Assembly (NCBI GenBank): GCA_053919585.1
Contig: CM132799.1
Strand: one strand, 5' to 3'
Origin: Euprymna scolopes
Lineage: Eukaryota
DNA: 64,000 nucleotides
A program made the position numbers and the translations under genes. This document shows, piece by piece, positions 41,299-53,129 of the stretch (position 1 is the first letter of the stretch; each line of letters begins with the position of its first letter). The notes beneath the pieces are model-generated. The model saw only the letters and a program-made list of their open reading frames with translations, was not told the origin of the DNA and searched no databases.

Positions 41299-42405
41299 AT
41301 GGCTTCCTCATCGAGACATTACTGTAGAAACAAGCCTGATGTCTTCTGTAGCATCTGTGGTTGCTACACACTCCATAATCAGAGACGTAACATATCCTTG
41401 TTTGTGAAGCGAGCCTACAAGGTTTTTTTAAGTTTATCTTGGTGACAAAGACAAGCAATTGGCTCCTCATGTTGTGTGCCACAATTGTGAGGAAATGCTC
41501 CGAAGCTGGACCAAAGGAAAACGCAATGCTCTGCCTTTTGGAGTTCCGATGATTTGGCGAGAACCCACCAACCATGTAACTGATTGCTACTTCTGCATGG
41601 TAAACACAGCGGGTGTGGGCAAGAAAAACAGACATAAGATAGTATATCCGAACATTTCCTCAGCTAATCGGCCTGCTCCGCACTCTGAAGAGGTTCCTGT
41701 TCCAGTTTTCAAAGGTTTGCCTTCATTAAACGATAAAGATATTGGGCATGACACGGACGAGGAAGACAGTTGTGACAATGAATTACCAGAAACTGAGTGG
41801 GAACAACCCGAGAAATGTTCTTCAGAGACTGAATCTCCCCCAGTCCACAAGCCTCTTCACCAGCCTGAACTGAATGACTTAGTTCGGGATTTAGGTCTTT
41901 CAAAGAAAGCAGCTGAGCTTTTGCCATCAAGATTACAAGGCAAAAATCTTGTTGATCACACTGTTAAAGTATCATATTACAGAAAGCGTGACCAGCTTTT
42001 TGTGACCTGCTTTTCAGACAGTTTGTTTACTGTCATATCCCAGGTCTTCTCAAAGAACTGGGTGTTTCTCACTATGATCAAACTGAATGGCGGCTTTTTT
42101 TAGACAGTTCTAAGCTCAGTCTCAAGTGTGTTCTTTTGCATAATGGCAATGTTGACGGTTCAGTGCCTGTCGGTCATTCAGTTCATTTGCGGGAAGACTA
42201 TGATGACATCAGAATGGTCATGGACTTCTTAAAATATCGTGAGCACAACTGGATCATTTGTGTAGACTTGAAAATGTTAAACTTTCTACTTGGTCAACAG
42301 AAAGGTTTCACAAAGTTTCCATGATACCTCTGCATGTGGGGCAGTCGAGCACGAGACACTGGGTGCAGAAGGACTGGCCTGTTCATGAAGCCCTTGAAGA
42401 AGGCA
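41299..42405 (+). pseudogene. Chapaev3 transposase, N-terminal half (frameshifted)
   Basis: MASSSRHYCRNKPDVFCSICG, APHVVCHNC, WREPTNHVTDCYFC, ELNDLVRDLGLSK, FLDSS, PVGHSVHLRE, WIICVDLK, GFTKFP. Confidence 0.88.
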
Positions 42406-42572
42406 TTTTTTTTTACAAGGGTGTCACCACTTATCAAGGCCCAGAGGCCACTCGAGGATAAGGGTTAATAGGTATACATAAGTCATTGTGATTTTAGCAT
42501 AGTAAACATTGAGAATTTTGAAACTTGGATTACTTAGGGGGACGATTCAATTAGAACTTGTTCACATTGGAC
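42406..42572 (-). mobile_element. Short 5'-truncated CR1 3' end (167 bp)
   Basis: The minus strand reads gtccaatgtgaacaagttctaattgaatcgtccccctaa (SNVNKF*LNRPP*), then its own 3' UTR with the conserved tail motif and poly(A). Confidence 0.85.
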
Positions 42573-44435
42573 TTTTTTTTCATACGTATTAACTCATTAT
42601 CAAGGCCAAGAGGCCACTCAAGGATAAGGGTTAAAGAGTGTACAGTAGAAATTGGACAATATAATAATCATTAGTAATGAAAATTTGTTAAATTTGATAA
42701 CTTATATGCAACGGCTCATCAAGAACTTATTTACGTTAGACTTGAAGACAACCATATTGTAGTCAGCCGGAAAGCAGGAAAACGGAAGACAATTCCACAG
42801 ACGTGCAGTTCTTATAAAAAAGCTTTGTTCATGGAATCTACGTTTAGGTTTAGGCACAGATAAAGAGTGGGGGAAATTATTGATAGTGTTTACAGCTAGA
42901 CGAGTGTTTCTTGTGAAAGTTTGGCGAGGGGGGGCCATAGATTGAAGCTCAGTTGAACACTTTCCATGAAAATAACGATACATCAGAGACAAACTCGCAA
43001 CATCTCATCTGTGAGATAGAGGTTGCAAGGAGGAGAAAAGGACATCTCCTACGAGGCTTCGAAGTCTATTTTGAACTCTATCAAGGCAGGCCAAGTCCTT
43101 TCTAGCAGCTCCTGCCCAGATGTGGCAACAGTATTCCATCCTTGGACGTACCTGGCTCTTATATAGATAGAGAATAGCATCAGCAGTGAGATATCTAGAT
43201 CGATAGAAAGATCCCACCATTTTTCCAGCGGCCTTGGCAACAGATTTGATGTACGTGTTCCATTTAAGATCAGGAGTAATGGTCAACCCCAGAAGCTTGT
43301 CAAAACTTGAGGCCTCCTGAAGACGAGAGCCATTCATTTCAATTGATCCCAGATGTGGATCAGAATGTTGATGATGTAAAGAGAGAAGCTTGGTTTTAGG
43401 TGCATTAAAAGTAACCAGCCACTCCTTTCCCCATTGTACTACATGCTCAAGATCAGAGGAGAGAGAATTGGAGAGAACTTGGTCGTTTACTGTCTTAGAT
43501 GTGCTACCATAAATGGTAGTGTCGTCAGCATAAATGTCTACAAATGATGTAAGGATGTGATTTGGAAGATCATTAATGTAGATCAGGAAAAGAGTTGGGC
43601 CCAGGATGGACCCCTGAGGGACACCGGCATTAATACTGTGGGCTTCTGATTTTTGCCCATCAACTACTACTGTTATGAACCTATCAGAAAGTAATGATTT
43701 AATAATTGAGAAGACATTTCCAGCTATACCATAGCTCGAGATCTTATGAAGTAAACCTTTATGCCATACCCTATCAAAGGTCTTAGATATGTCAAGAGCA
43801 ATTGCCCTAGAAAGGTTGCCTCCGTCGAGAGATTTGCTAATCCTATGAGATATAACTGTAAGCACATCTGCTGTAGATCTAGCAGAACAGAAACCATATT
43901 GAGTGTCACTAAGAAGGTTATTTTTGTTGAGATTGTTGATTACTTCTGTATTTAACACAGATTCCAGCAACTTACTCATGACTTATTGGCCTGTACTGAG
44001 AGGGGGATGAGCGATCACATGAATTCTTAAATACAGGGCATACAGATGAAATTTTCCAGGGAGAGGGGAAACTATTCTCCTTAAGACAACGTTTAAATAG
44101 TTTTGTAAGTATGGGCGCTAGTTCAGGTTGAAGTTTTTTGAGTACTATAATTGGAATACCGTCCGGGCCAGTTGCTTTACTGGAATCAAGGTGTTTGATT
44201 AGCTTGGCAACATCACGTACAGATATACGTATATCACATAGTGTGTTTTCAGATACAGGAGGAAATATTGGGGGTTGGCGGCCTTGATCGCAAAAGGTAG
44301 AATTAGCTGCAAAATTCTTGACAAAGAGTTTGGCTTTGCCTGATGCTGACGAGATTACCTCAGGTCCATTGATGATAGTTGGAAAGGAGCGCAAACTTCT
44401 GTTCAGAATTCTGTTTGCTATTTGCCAAAACTGGT
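42573..44435 (-). mobile_element. 5'-truncated CR1-clade LINE (RT), frameshifted
   Basis: ORFs 43972-44442, 43005-43979 and 42702-42992 (KATGPDGI, ALDISKTFDRVWH, GVPQGSILGPTLF, YADD, RPRMEYCCHIWAGA), then a 3' UTR motif and an A8 tail. Sister of 57722-60667. Confidence 0.95.
43005..43979 (-). CDS. CR1 reverse transcriptase domain (open fragment of disrupted ORF2)
   Basis: 324 aa ORF with all non-LTR RT motifs including YADD. Confidence 0.85.
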   Translation of the reverse strand: MSKLLESVLNTEVINNLNKNNLLSDTQYGFCSARSTADVLTVISHRISKSLDGGNLSRAIALDISKTFDRVWHKGLLHKISSYGIAGNVFSIIKSLLSDRFITVVVDGQKSEAHSINAGVPQGSILGPTLFLIYINDLPNHILTSFVDIYADDTTIYGSTSKTVNDQVLSNSLSSDLEHVVQWGKEWLVTFNAPKTKLLSLHHQHSDPHLGSIEMNGSRLQEASSFDKLLGLTITPDLKWNTYIKSVAKAAGKMVGSFYRSRYLTADAILYLYKSQVRPRMEYCCHIWAGAARKDLACLDRVQNRLRSLVGDVLFSSLQPLSHR

Positions 44436-45039
44436 ATGCCAAATATCACACATGACCCAATTTTTAACAGAGATAGGATCATCTTTCCTCCTCTGCACAT
44501 CAAATTAGGTTTGATGAAACAATTTGTCAAGGCACTGGATACCGAAGGTGAATGTTTCCAACACATCATCACAGCTATACCAGGGTTGTCGTTCGAGAAG
44601 ATCAAAGCAGGTGTGTTTGATGGCCGACAGATTCGAACCCCCGTTCGTGATGATCAGTTTGTTGCCAAGATGACCGCCTTGGAGAAGGCAGTATGGTTAT
44701 CCTTTGTGGCAGTCGTTCAGAACTTCCTTGGAAACAACAAGGCAGAGAACTACAATGAACTTGTGAACATAATGCTCCTCGCATTTCGTGCCCTCAGCTG
44801 CAACGTGAGCATCAAGCTTCATTTTTTGAACAGCCATCTTGACGAGTTCCCTGAAAACCTGGGTGCTGTGAGTGACGAACAAGAAGAGCGGTTCCACGAA
44901 GACCTAAATATCATGGAGAACGCTACCAAGGTCGCTGGGACAAAAGTATGATGGCCGACTACTGCTGGAGGATTAAACGAGATTGCGCAGATTAAGTGTA
45001 AAACGCAAAAGTTACAAACGCAAATTCCTGCCTGACTAA
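44436..45039 (+). pseudogene. Chapaev3 transposase, C-terminal half
   Basis: MPNITHDP..IIFPPLHIKLGLMKQFVKAL, KIKAGVFDG, NFLGN, KLHFLNSHLDEFPENLGAVSDEQEERFH, MMADYCW, KRKSYKRKFLPD*. Confidence 0.9.
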
Positions 45040-45434
45040 AATACTGTTCAGACAGAAAGTGATAAGCGTTATTAGATGTGATTTACTCTTATATGAAGAA
45101 CGTTGTGAATGACGCAGATCCCACGTTGCGATAAAGACTGTTTTCTGAGAAACATTTTCAGAAAAACATATGGCACTTCTAACAATGGTGTACTTTAATC
45201 TAAAATCACATTTTATTGTTCTGTTTCTTTTGCCTTGTTAAATATACTGTTTTGTGGCTGACATTGCAATATCCTATAATAATGCTCGTTTTTTTTCATT
45301 TTTGATTAAAATCAAAGACTGCATAAAATCTGTAGCTTGCAGAATAAAACTCACTTCAGATTTGAACTCAGCACACTTAAATTGACTAAAAACAAGTCTT
45401 TCTTGAAATGCAACATATTGAATGTTCCCTTGTG

Positions 45435-46107
45435 TTATTCACCGACTATGGCGCAGAGAACGTGAATAAAGTTATGAAGGAGGTACTGGAGGGATTAGGG
45501 GTGCAGCATGTGTTGACCTCCGCTTACCACCCCCAGAATAACTCCAAGGTTGAGCGATTTCATAAGACGCTAGTGGATATCATGTGTAAACTCGTTACTA
45601 ACAATCCGGAGGGGTCGGTCCATCACACAGGTTTAGTAGCAGTGAGATTCACGATAAATGAAACCTCGGAATTTTCGCCATTGGAATTGGTATTTGGGAC
45701 GGATGTGATTCTCCTGATTGACAATCTCTTGACGTATCGTAGAAAGCATTTGGGAGAGGAGCATCACCAATTATTGCTAGAACAGAAACACAAGAGATTT
45801 GTCAAGGCCAGGGGTCGTATTAAACGAGCACAAAAGAAGCGACATGCTTGGGTGAATAAAGAGAGAAATGGGGGTTCAGTTCAATGTGGGAAACCCCGTT
45901 TACTATAAAGTGCAAGCCCGAGAACGGAAGCTGGATAGATGTTGGACTTCTTACTACTGGATAGTAGAGCAGACCGGCTCCCTTTCATTTATTATCTGGG
46001 AGCAGGTCGCTGGGAAGATAAAGAGAGCGCATCCCAATGACCTTAAGTTGGCAAAATTGGAATTTGATATAAAACCTCCCAGCGACAATCGAGAGGAATC
46101 CAAGTAA
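45435..46107 (+). pseudogene. pol: Gypsy integrase C-half
   Basis: FTDYGAE, HVLTSAYHPQNNSKVERFHKTL, FSPLELVFG, FNVGNPVYYK..KLDRCW (GPY/F-type tail). Confidence 0.9.
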
Positions 46108-46619
46108 GGCTACCTTGGTCGCACTCTAGGAAATGGAAACCCCGATGAAGAGAGGGGGGCGTTCAACTAGACGTGAATGTTATGAGAACGCTCAGAATCG
46201 GGGTAACAGGAAGGGCGACAACAACCTCTCGAGACCCCAACGGCCGGAATTGGTGCTAGTCCGAGCGGATTTCCGATCAGAGAATCACAGAAGGCGTTGG
46301 CACGTTGGATATCCCTAGTGGAGGGTCGGATATTGACAGTGAGACCCGGAGAGATAATGAGGGCTCTTGGGAGGGAGGATGAGATCCCTCTATCCTTATT
46401 GAAGGAAGGACTGTCGCAGCGAAAGGAGCAGAGTGACTTCCGGACATTACCGATTAGGGGCACCGGAGGCATTAAGCCTCCGCGGAGGGAACTGCCTGGT
46501 TTATATCATATTGTTTAGATGTACGACCGTCGAGAACAACTTGGATTATTCTCTTACTAAAGAAGGATGTAATTACATTATGTATTCTTCCAGTCATATC
46601 ATATGATCTCATTTTCCTC

Positions 46620-47590
46620 CGAAGACCATCGCGTTATACCCTCTCAAAGGTCTTAGATATATCAAGGGCTACCGCTCAACCCTACCCCTGAGAGACTACA
46701 GTTAAGATATATGCTGTTGAACGGGCCGGGCTTGCCTAAATCCATATTTATTGCACGTCAGCAGCTGTTAGGTGTCGACTAGGGCTTGATTAATTAAGGA
46801 CTCAAATATTTTGGCGAAAAGTGGGAGGAGTATAATGGGACGATAATTTAGTGAGTCCGTTCTTTCACCAGAATTCTTGAATACTGGTACCACAGAAGAC
46901 GTTGTCCAGCAGTCGGTGAAACAAAATTCGTTAAGGCATTTATTGTAAAATTTGGAGACAACTGGAGTAACCTCAGCAGAGTTTATTTTTTTAATAGCAC
47001 AGCCGGGATGAGATCTGGTCCACATGCTCTTGAGGTGTCTAGGTTTTTATTATGTCATGTATCTGAGAAAGAATGATTTTCAAATCGTCTAGTCTGGCGA
47101 CTGTCCGTAAAAGAAAGTCGGGGAGGGAGCGGTGTGCCGGATCTAGTGTGGAATTAGAGGCAAACCGACTGGCAAGCAGATTAGCCTTATCGGTTGCCGT
47201 GCAAGCAACCTCATGATTGTTTGATAGTGAGTGAATAGGTGTCTCCCCATTATTTACTACACCATTGTAGATTTTCCAAAAATCACGGCTTCCTAATGTC
47301 TGTGCTTCGATGCGTTTTCTGGTGGTTTAAGTGTAATCTGTCTTAGTTGTCGCTATTACACTCTTACAATTGTTTCTAGCTTCTATATACTTCTGCCTGT
47401 TTGAACTGGACTTATGTTGGTTGATTCTGCGGAACGCATGCTGCCTTTGAGCAATGCCAGCTGCACAACCCGAAGTAAACCATTGAGAAGAGTGGGGCTT
47501 GCTGGTGAAGGGAAGGGACAGGCTGGGCGATGCTTCCAAGTGAAAGGCCCATAAAAGATCGGCCAGCGGGAAGGAAAAATTGACCACTAA
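46620..47590 (-). mobile_element. Decayed internal fragment of a different CR1-clade LINE inside the Gypsy element
   Basis: KPHSSQWFTSGCAAGIAQR, GSRDFWKI, CFTDCWTTSSVVPVFKNSG..NYRPIILLP, ALDISKTFERV. Confidence 0.85.
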
Positions 47591-47619
47591 AACAACTTAA
47601 ACCATACCCTCAATGGGGC

Positions 47620-48995
47620 GAAGTACTGTTCGCTAATAGCAATCGGGTGATTGAAAGTGAAGGGGAAGCGAGAGAATAAGATATAGAATCCTTGCTGAGC
47701 GCTTCTATAACATTGAACAAATAAGATAATTATTTTTGAGGATTAAAATTACATTTTTGAGAGGAAAATAGAATTTTAACTCAGTCTGAAAGTGCCAACG
47801 AGAACAAATAGTATTATTATTTTTGGTTGATTAAATTGAATATTTGAGAAGAAATTAGAGTATTGCGTCAGTGTGGAAAGAGTGAACAGATGTCGGTTGA
47901 GTTCAGTCGAGAATAGCTGAAAGGATGCGTTTTGGTGAAAATTGAATAAAAAAAAAAGATTAAATTGATTTTGGAGAAGAAAGTAAAAATTTTCCTCAGT
48001 CTCGAAGGATTCTTATCATGAAACAAGTGCCGAAAGGGCACTAATTGAGTGGAATTAATGGAGAATAATTATGAGGATTACTGAGTATTGGAAACTAATT
48101 TTTTGTGCGCCCATTTGTTTTTAGCGTGAAAAAACTGATTCGTTTGTATTAGATGGAATTTTAGATGGAGTAGATTGTGCGTGTAGCATTTGTACAGGGA
48201 GAACCGAATTCAACCCAGAAGAATAAAAATTGATGCTCAGAGTTCTTTTAGCGATGAGGCCTGCAAAGCCTTTAAACATTACGCATTTTCCAGTAACTAT
48301 TTTTTTTATATATTTCATTGAAAGGAATTCTAGATGGGTTTACGCGTTAATAAAGTCAGAGAAACTGCAATAGCAATTTGAGAACTGAATTAAATAGCAT
48401 TAATTCGGGAACATTAAGATGAGAATATAATGACTGAATGTTGGAAAATTACTTTTAGTGATTAATTCTTTTTGGTGTTGAAAAACGACTGCATTGTTTC
48501 TTTAGATGTTCTTTCTACCGTGATTGTATCGTGGGTGTAACGTTCGCGCCGGAGTAGCTGATCAACGTAAAGGAAGATGACTCTGAGAGTGGGTATAGCC
48601 TATTGCGAGTAAAATTAATCTGAATTTTTTGAAATTATGAATACCCATTTTAGGACGGAAGATTAGCGCCCATAGTTGTTCTTTTGTTTTTAACCACGGA
48701 ATCGGCCTCAGGATTCACTTGAGGCGGTGGGAGGCATTTCGCTGTAATGTGTGTTTGGTGATTTCTGGTAGGGTCTGGTCGAGGTTTATCCAGTGGCAGC
48801 TGTAGCCTCTTCACACCCTTCGCACACTGCCAATGTGGGTGTGGTTATGATTGAGGTTACGTTAACGAGGGTAAGCATGCTAGTAATAGTATGTGTGCTG
48901 CTGGTGATGGTGGTTTGGTGTGTAAGAGGACGGATTAGGTAAGTTGAGCTGATGACAAGACTTGCTCCGTTCCAACCCCACCTCAAATCCAGATA
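47620..48995 (+). pseudogene. Possible decayed env-like third ORF
   Basis: Lies between IN and the 3' LTR. The frame at 48781 reads EVYPVAAVASSHPSHTANVGVVMIEVTLTRVSMLVIVCVLLVMVVWCVRGRIR*, a TM helix plus basic tail. Upstream sequence is riddled with stops. Confidence 0.35.
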
Positions 48996-50043
48996 ATACC
49001 ACTCAAAGCCAACTCAGTCACTGATGCCCAAATGTGTGAGAACAGTGCGCGTGTCGAAAACATTTCGGACGCCGAAATACAGATGCATTAAAGAACGACT
49101 TGGAGGTTCTATTTTTTCTTCTTTTCTTTTTTTCTTTTATTGGAATTTTTACAGGGCGCTAATCGGTGAGTTGCCAAGAGAGATCCTAACTGTCATCACT
49201 CAAGGTGAGGGAAAGCCCCTTAGTTCAATAAGAAGCGGGAACTCTGTTTCCTGGTTTAAGGTTCTACGTCGTCTCTTGTGAAATTGTACTTGTTAATGGA
49301 AAAAATCTAACTCTTTTCAGGAATTTCTGTGACAAAATATTTAAAAAAAAAAGAAATAACTTTTGTAAGCCTTTGATTGAAAAAATATCCGAGCAATTTT
49401 CCTTTGAAAAAAATTTAAAAAGGGGAGATAACTTTTATGAGCTCTTAAAAAAAAGGGAGAAAAATCCGAGTCATTTGAAAAATAAAACGGATTTATATAA
49501 TCTTAAGAATTTAATTGGATTTTTTTTCCTTTGAGTAACTTTTGTGATTTGTGATTAAGAAGTATTTGGGTGGCCTGCACGAACTGAAAAAGAAGTGAGT
49601 GACATTTATAAATGTTGATTAAACACAAGATTGAATTATTATTGTAATATTTGAGGGAAAAGCGGGACTGTTCATAATGCATGAAACAAAAAAGAACTTT
49701 TTTTAATGAGTTTGAATAATTACGGAAATAGGACTGTCAATTTTGAGACCTTGCATTTTCTGATTTTATTTCTTTTTGTTTACTATCTTAATTCTTGTAT
49801 AACCAGAAAGTGGAATATTTCGCGTGGCTAGTAAGTGGGAAAACCCTCGTCTGTAGGTTGGCAGCCTGACTATGTATATTCTATTGTTCTTAAAAGGTAA
49901 ACAAACAATGGAAAGAAACAACAGTGGAAGAAATCCACCTTGAACTAATCGCGTTGAATGGGCGGAAAATGGCGGAATATAGGCGGTGTATTAATTGGCT
50001 TAGGCCCATTCGCTTTTAGAGAAACCGCTAGTTCTAAGAAGGG

Positions 50044-50899
50044 TCGCCTTTGGGAGCGGTTAGGCTCCCAATTAGAAGGCTTGGGCCCCCCATGGCACCT
50101 TGTAATTCTGGCAATTAGGCTGATATTGACTATTAAGCATTATTGTGTGTCCGGGAACGGGCGGGCAACACGAGCTGAAAAAAAGAATCAAGTTTATTAA
50201 ACTTTTGTGAAAACACCCATATACTTTTATTATTTTAGAAAAATGACAAGTGATGCCATTTTTGAAAACTAGAACAAAATCATACATTCCTAGCCCAAGG
50301 ATGTCTGGCAGTTGTGTGCTGAAGGGGCTCAAACTATCAACCTTTGAGAGCGTGGGCATAGGATTTAGCTGTAATTCCAGATTAGCACGGGATGACGATT
50401 AGCAGAACTGCACACCCGCAATGGATTGAAGATTCACCTGACGCAATAGACGTGTAAATTGATGATTGGTTTAGAGGGTAACCTTACTTACCACGATCTC
50501 TTTGTATAAAAAGGGAGGTGTCGGACCAAAAAAGCCACATTAAGCCAAACCTCGGGAGAGAGAACTTAACCAAGAGATATCACCCCTATCCGTCCGTCAC
50601 AACCCACCGCTAACTCGAGAGAATAAGATGAACATGTGTTTTGGGAAATGAAATCGAACTGAATAATTGTACATATGTAAACCACCTTTAATTTTCGTGA
50701 ATTAACTTTTTATAGACTAGACTCCCGAGTCTGTGTAATTTATGATTTGCATTAGAAGGTAATTGATTTTAGACGGGAATCGACACGAAGACTGCGACGC
50801 TGAGCATTTTGTTAAGCGCTTCCGGAAAAGACGATCATCAGCCATTGCAGTTTTAACAGGGCCAGAGGTCATCTACTGATCCAAGGGGGGAAGCTTACA
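50044..50899 (+). repeat. 3' LTR (family A)
   Basis: Direct repeat of 35716-36560. The first ~10 nt appear deleted next to the PPT. Ends aagcttaca. Confidence 0.9.
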
Positions 50900-51329
50900 C
50901 AAGAATTCTGAAGTACATTTTACTAAATATTCGGAGATATGCTTTTTATTATGCCACCAATGACCGGCTTAACGTTTTCGCTTGTGTATATTCATATTTT
51001 CTGTGTATGTTAGTTTTAGCATGGGGATAATATTATTTGCCATGGATTTACAAAGAATAGGGTAGTTTTGATCTGATCTATTGTTATAAACTGCAGAATA
51101 ACGAAAATTAACTTAAACTTTATAATGTCAATATCAGGGAGTTTACAAATAATCATAAAAAGTAAACAGAAATAATGTCAATTTGTGTAGTAAATTAAAC
51201 ATATATAGCTTAGAGTTATTTTTACGGGTTTTTTTTTCGTGTATATACTCAGGACCATGCATAAAAATCATTATGTTGAATCTAAAAAGTGTTCTCTACA
51301 CTAATTAGTCGTTATTGTTATCTTAAAAG

Positions 51330-52030
51330 CTAGCTCCTCGACCAACCTTATGAACTCTTTCCTGAGTCCGTCTAATGTTAATTTATCATAATCTATCATC
51401 ACTCCTCAAACCAAATACATGCCCCGGGAATTTGTTTTTCAGGGTGTCCAGTAAGAAAAGACCAAGTTGATCACAGACCACGTTTAATCGTAAATTCCCA
51501 TCGCAACATCAAATTCGTCTTCAAGATTTGATTTTTATGATGTTTTACCTTTTAAAAATAAAAGGGTCTGGCTTGCCTGCATAATTGTCTCTGTATCTTG
51601 GCTACTTATCTTTTTATATGTTGATGCGAAAGGTAATGATGTTTTTTTCTAAATTGATTTAGTAATGTTAGGGTAAACATCAGCAATGTCCAGTTGAGTT
51701 ACTCTGCGTTTTATGGTTCGGTTATGCTTTTGAACTGGTCCAGAACTGAGCTTGTATTTCCACACAAGAATGATTAGATTTCCTTTTAACAGCATCAATT
51801 AAGTATATGATGATAGACTTGCTAGCTAGATCAATTTCGCTTTTATCTTGCTTTATGAGCTTGTAGGTTGACTTATTATTAAAATTCTCTTTCTGATCGT
51901 TCATAATTATGAAGACATTTCTCTTTGCTAATCTATCATCTCTATATTTTATTGCTAATTTTGTGGCTACATCTGTGGTCTCTTTGTTAATAGATTTATA
52001 AGTATACGTTTACGCTAATTGGTATTTATA
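51330..52030 (-). mobile_element. Decayed Penelope-like element RT fragment
   Basis: KENFNNKSTYKLIKQDKSEI..ASK.I (cf. KENF.NNP.CRLINPAKSE.G..SK.IL), IMQASQTLLF and EFDVAMGIYD (cf. FDVTMGS.DGAE). Confidence 0.72.
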
Positions 52031-52327
52031 AGGTCCTTATACCGAATGGAATAAGAAAAATAACACTTAATATTAAACTGATAAATTGGCATATATTGAT
52101 AATGCCAATTAGCGGGAAAATCAGACAAAAAAGGCTTAATGAAATGGCACATTGTAATATAACTTGCAAAAAACAACAGCAGCAAATCGTAAATATATAA
52201 AATAAATAAAGGATGATACAGAATTCATGTAAATTGTTTGTAACGATGAATAAAACGAAAACAAAAAATCATGAGAAATTAACCAAAAACAAATGAAAGA
52301 GCAATTGACATGAACGAATAGAGAAAG

Positions 52328-52463
52328 TGATGAAAAATTAATGAAAAATTAATGAAACAATTAATGAAACAATTAATGAAAAAATACTGAAATATTCATG
52401 AAATATTAATGAAACAATTAATGAAAAAATTAATGAAAAACTTGATGAGAAAATTAATGAAAA
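52328..52463. repeat. Minisatellite, ~11-12 bp unit aattaatgaaa(a/c)
   Basis: About ten degenerate tandem units are visible. Confidence 0.85.
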
Positions 52464-52581
52464 GTGATCGAAGTTTAAAGAATTTTTTTTCAAATGATAA
52501 ATATTGTGGGTTTGAATTACTTTAAATGTTGCAAAAATAAACAACATGCAACGAATGAAAAATTAATAAGATATGGGTTAA

Positions 52582-53097
52582 TCTAAATACCTAGAAACGT
52601 GAGTATTTCTGTGATCACTTCTCAACCTATATACTCAATGAGGTTTTTATCTAAAATATTAAAATTTGGTATATAGTGTGTGTGAACAGACGGAAAAAGG
52701 TTTAATCTGGTTTTAGACGGAAAAAGCTGATAAATCTACAAAACTGAAAAATATGTGTTAACGACAAGATTTTTATCTGTTTTCAAATGTTTAACGATTG
52801 CGCATGCATTGCGGTGAAATTATACAGTCACCTTATATTAACTATAACTCTGTTTAAAAAACTATTTAAAAAACACGTGAAGTTGGTGTAATTCTTATTA
52901 TACTTGACCTACTGCCTTAAGGTTTTAGTTTCGATTTCGGATCGAGTAATTTTTTTACTTACAAGAAGTGAACTGTTTAGAGAAAATAACATAATAATCG
53001 CATGCACATGTTTAATTAATTTCCATTTTTATTTACTTCATTTTAAAAGGAATTTAACGTAAGGTTTTATACGAGGCAACGCCGGTACATCTTCTAG
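52582..53097 (+). mobile_element. Non-autonomous Helitron
   Basis: A|TCtaaatacc... 5' end; 3' end ggcaacgcc hairpin then ggtacatctt-CTAG|T, matching the 3' end of 29650-30406. Confidence 0.72.
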
Positions 53098-53129
53098 TCT
53101 TAAATAAAAAATAAAACAAATAAATTGTT

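Larger units (their letters stand above)
41050..45434 (+). mobile_element. Chapaev3 (CMC superfamily) DNA transposon, interrupted by CR1 LINEs
   Basis: TTA|CACTGGGGAACA ... TGTTCCCTTGTG|TTA: CAC..GTG termini and a 3 bp TWA TSD, with imperfect ~130 bp subterminal inverted similarity. Removing it restores integrase GSPEQL-FTDYGAE. Confidence 0.88.
35707..50899 (+). mobile_element. Decayed full-length Gypsy (Metaviridae) LTR retrotransposon carrying nested insertions
   Basis: Direct ~855 bp LTRs both ending ..gcttaca, gag-PR-RT-RH-IN order, PPT-like ctaagaaggg before the 3' LTR, and candidate 4 bp TSD caag (35703-35706 / 50900-50903). Confidence 0.9.

Noticed and set aside
44379-44951. Apparent fusion ORF of antisense CR1 and Chapaev3 transposase
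   Set aside because: The start lies in the inserted LINE's antisense strand; it is an incidental open frame across the junction.
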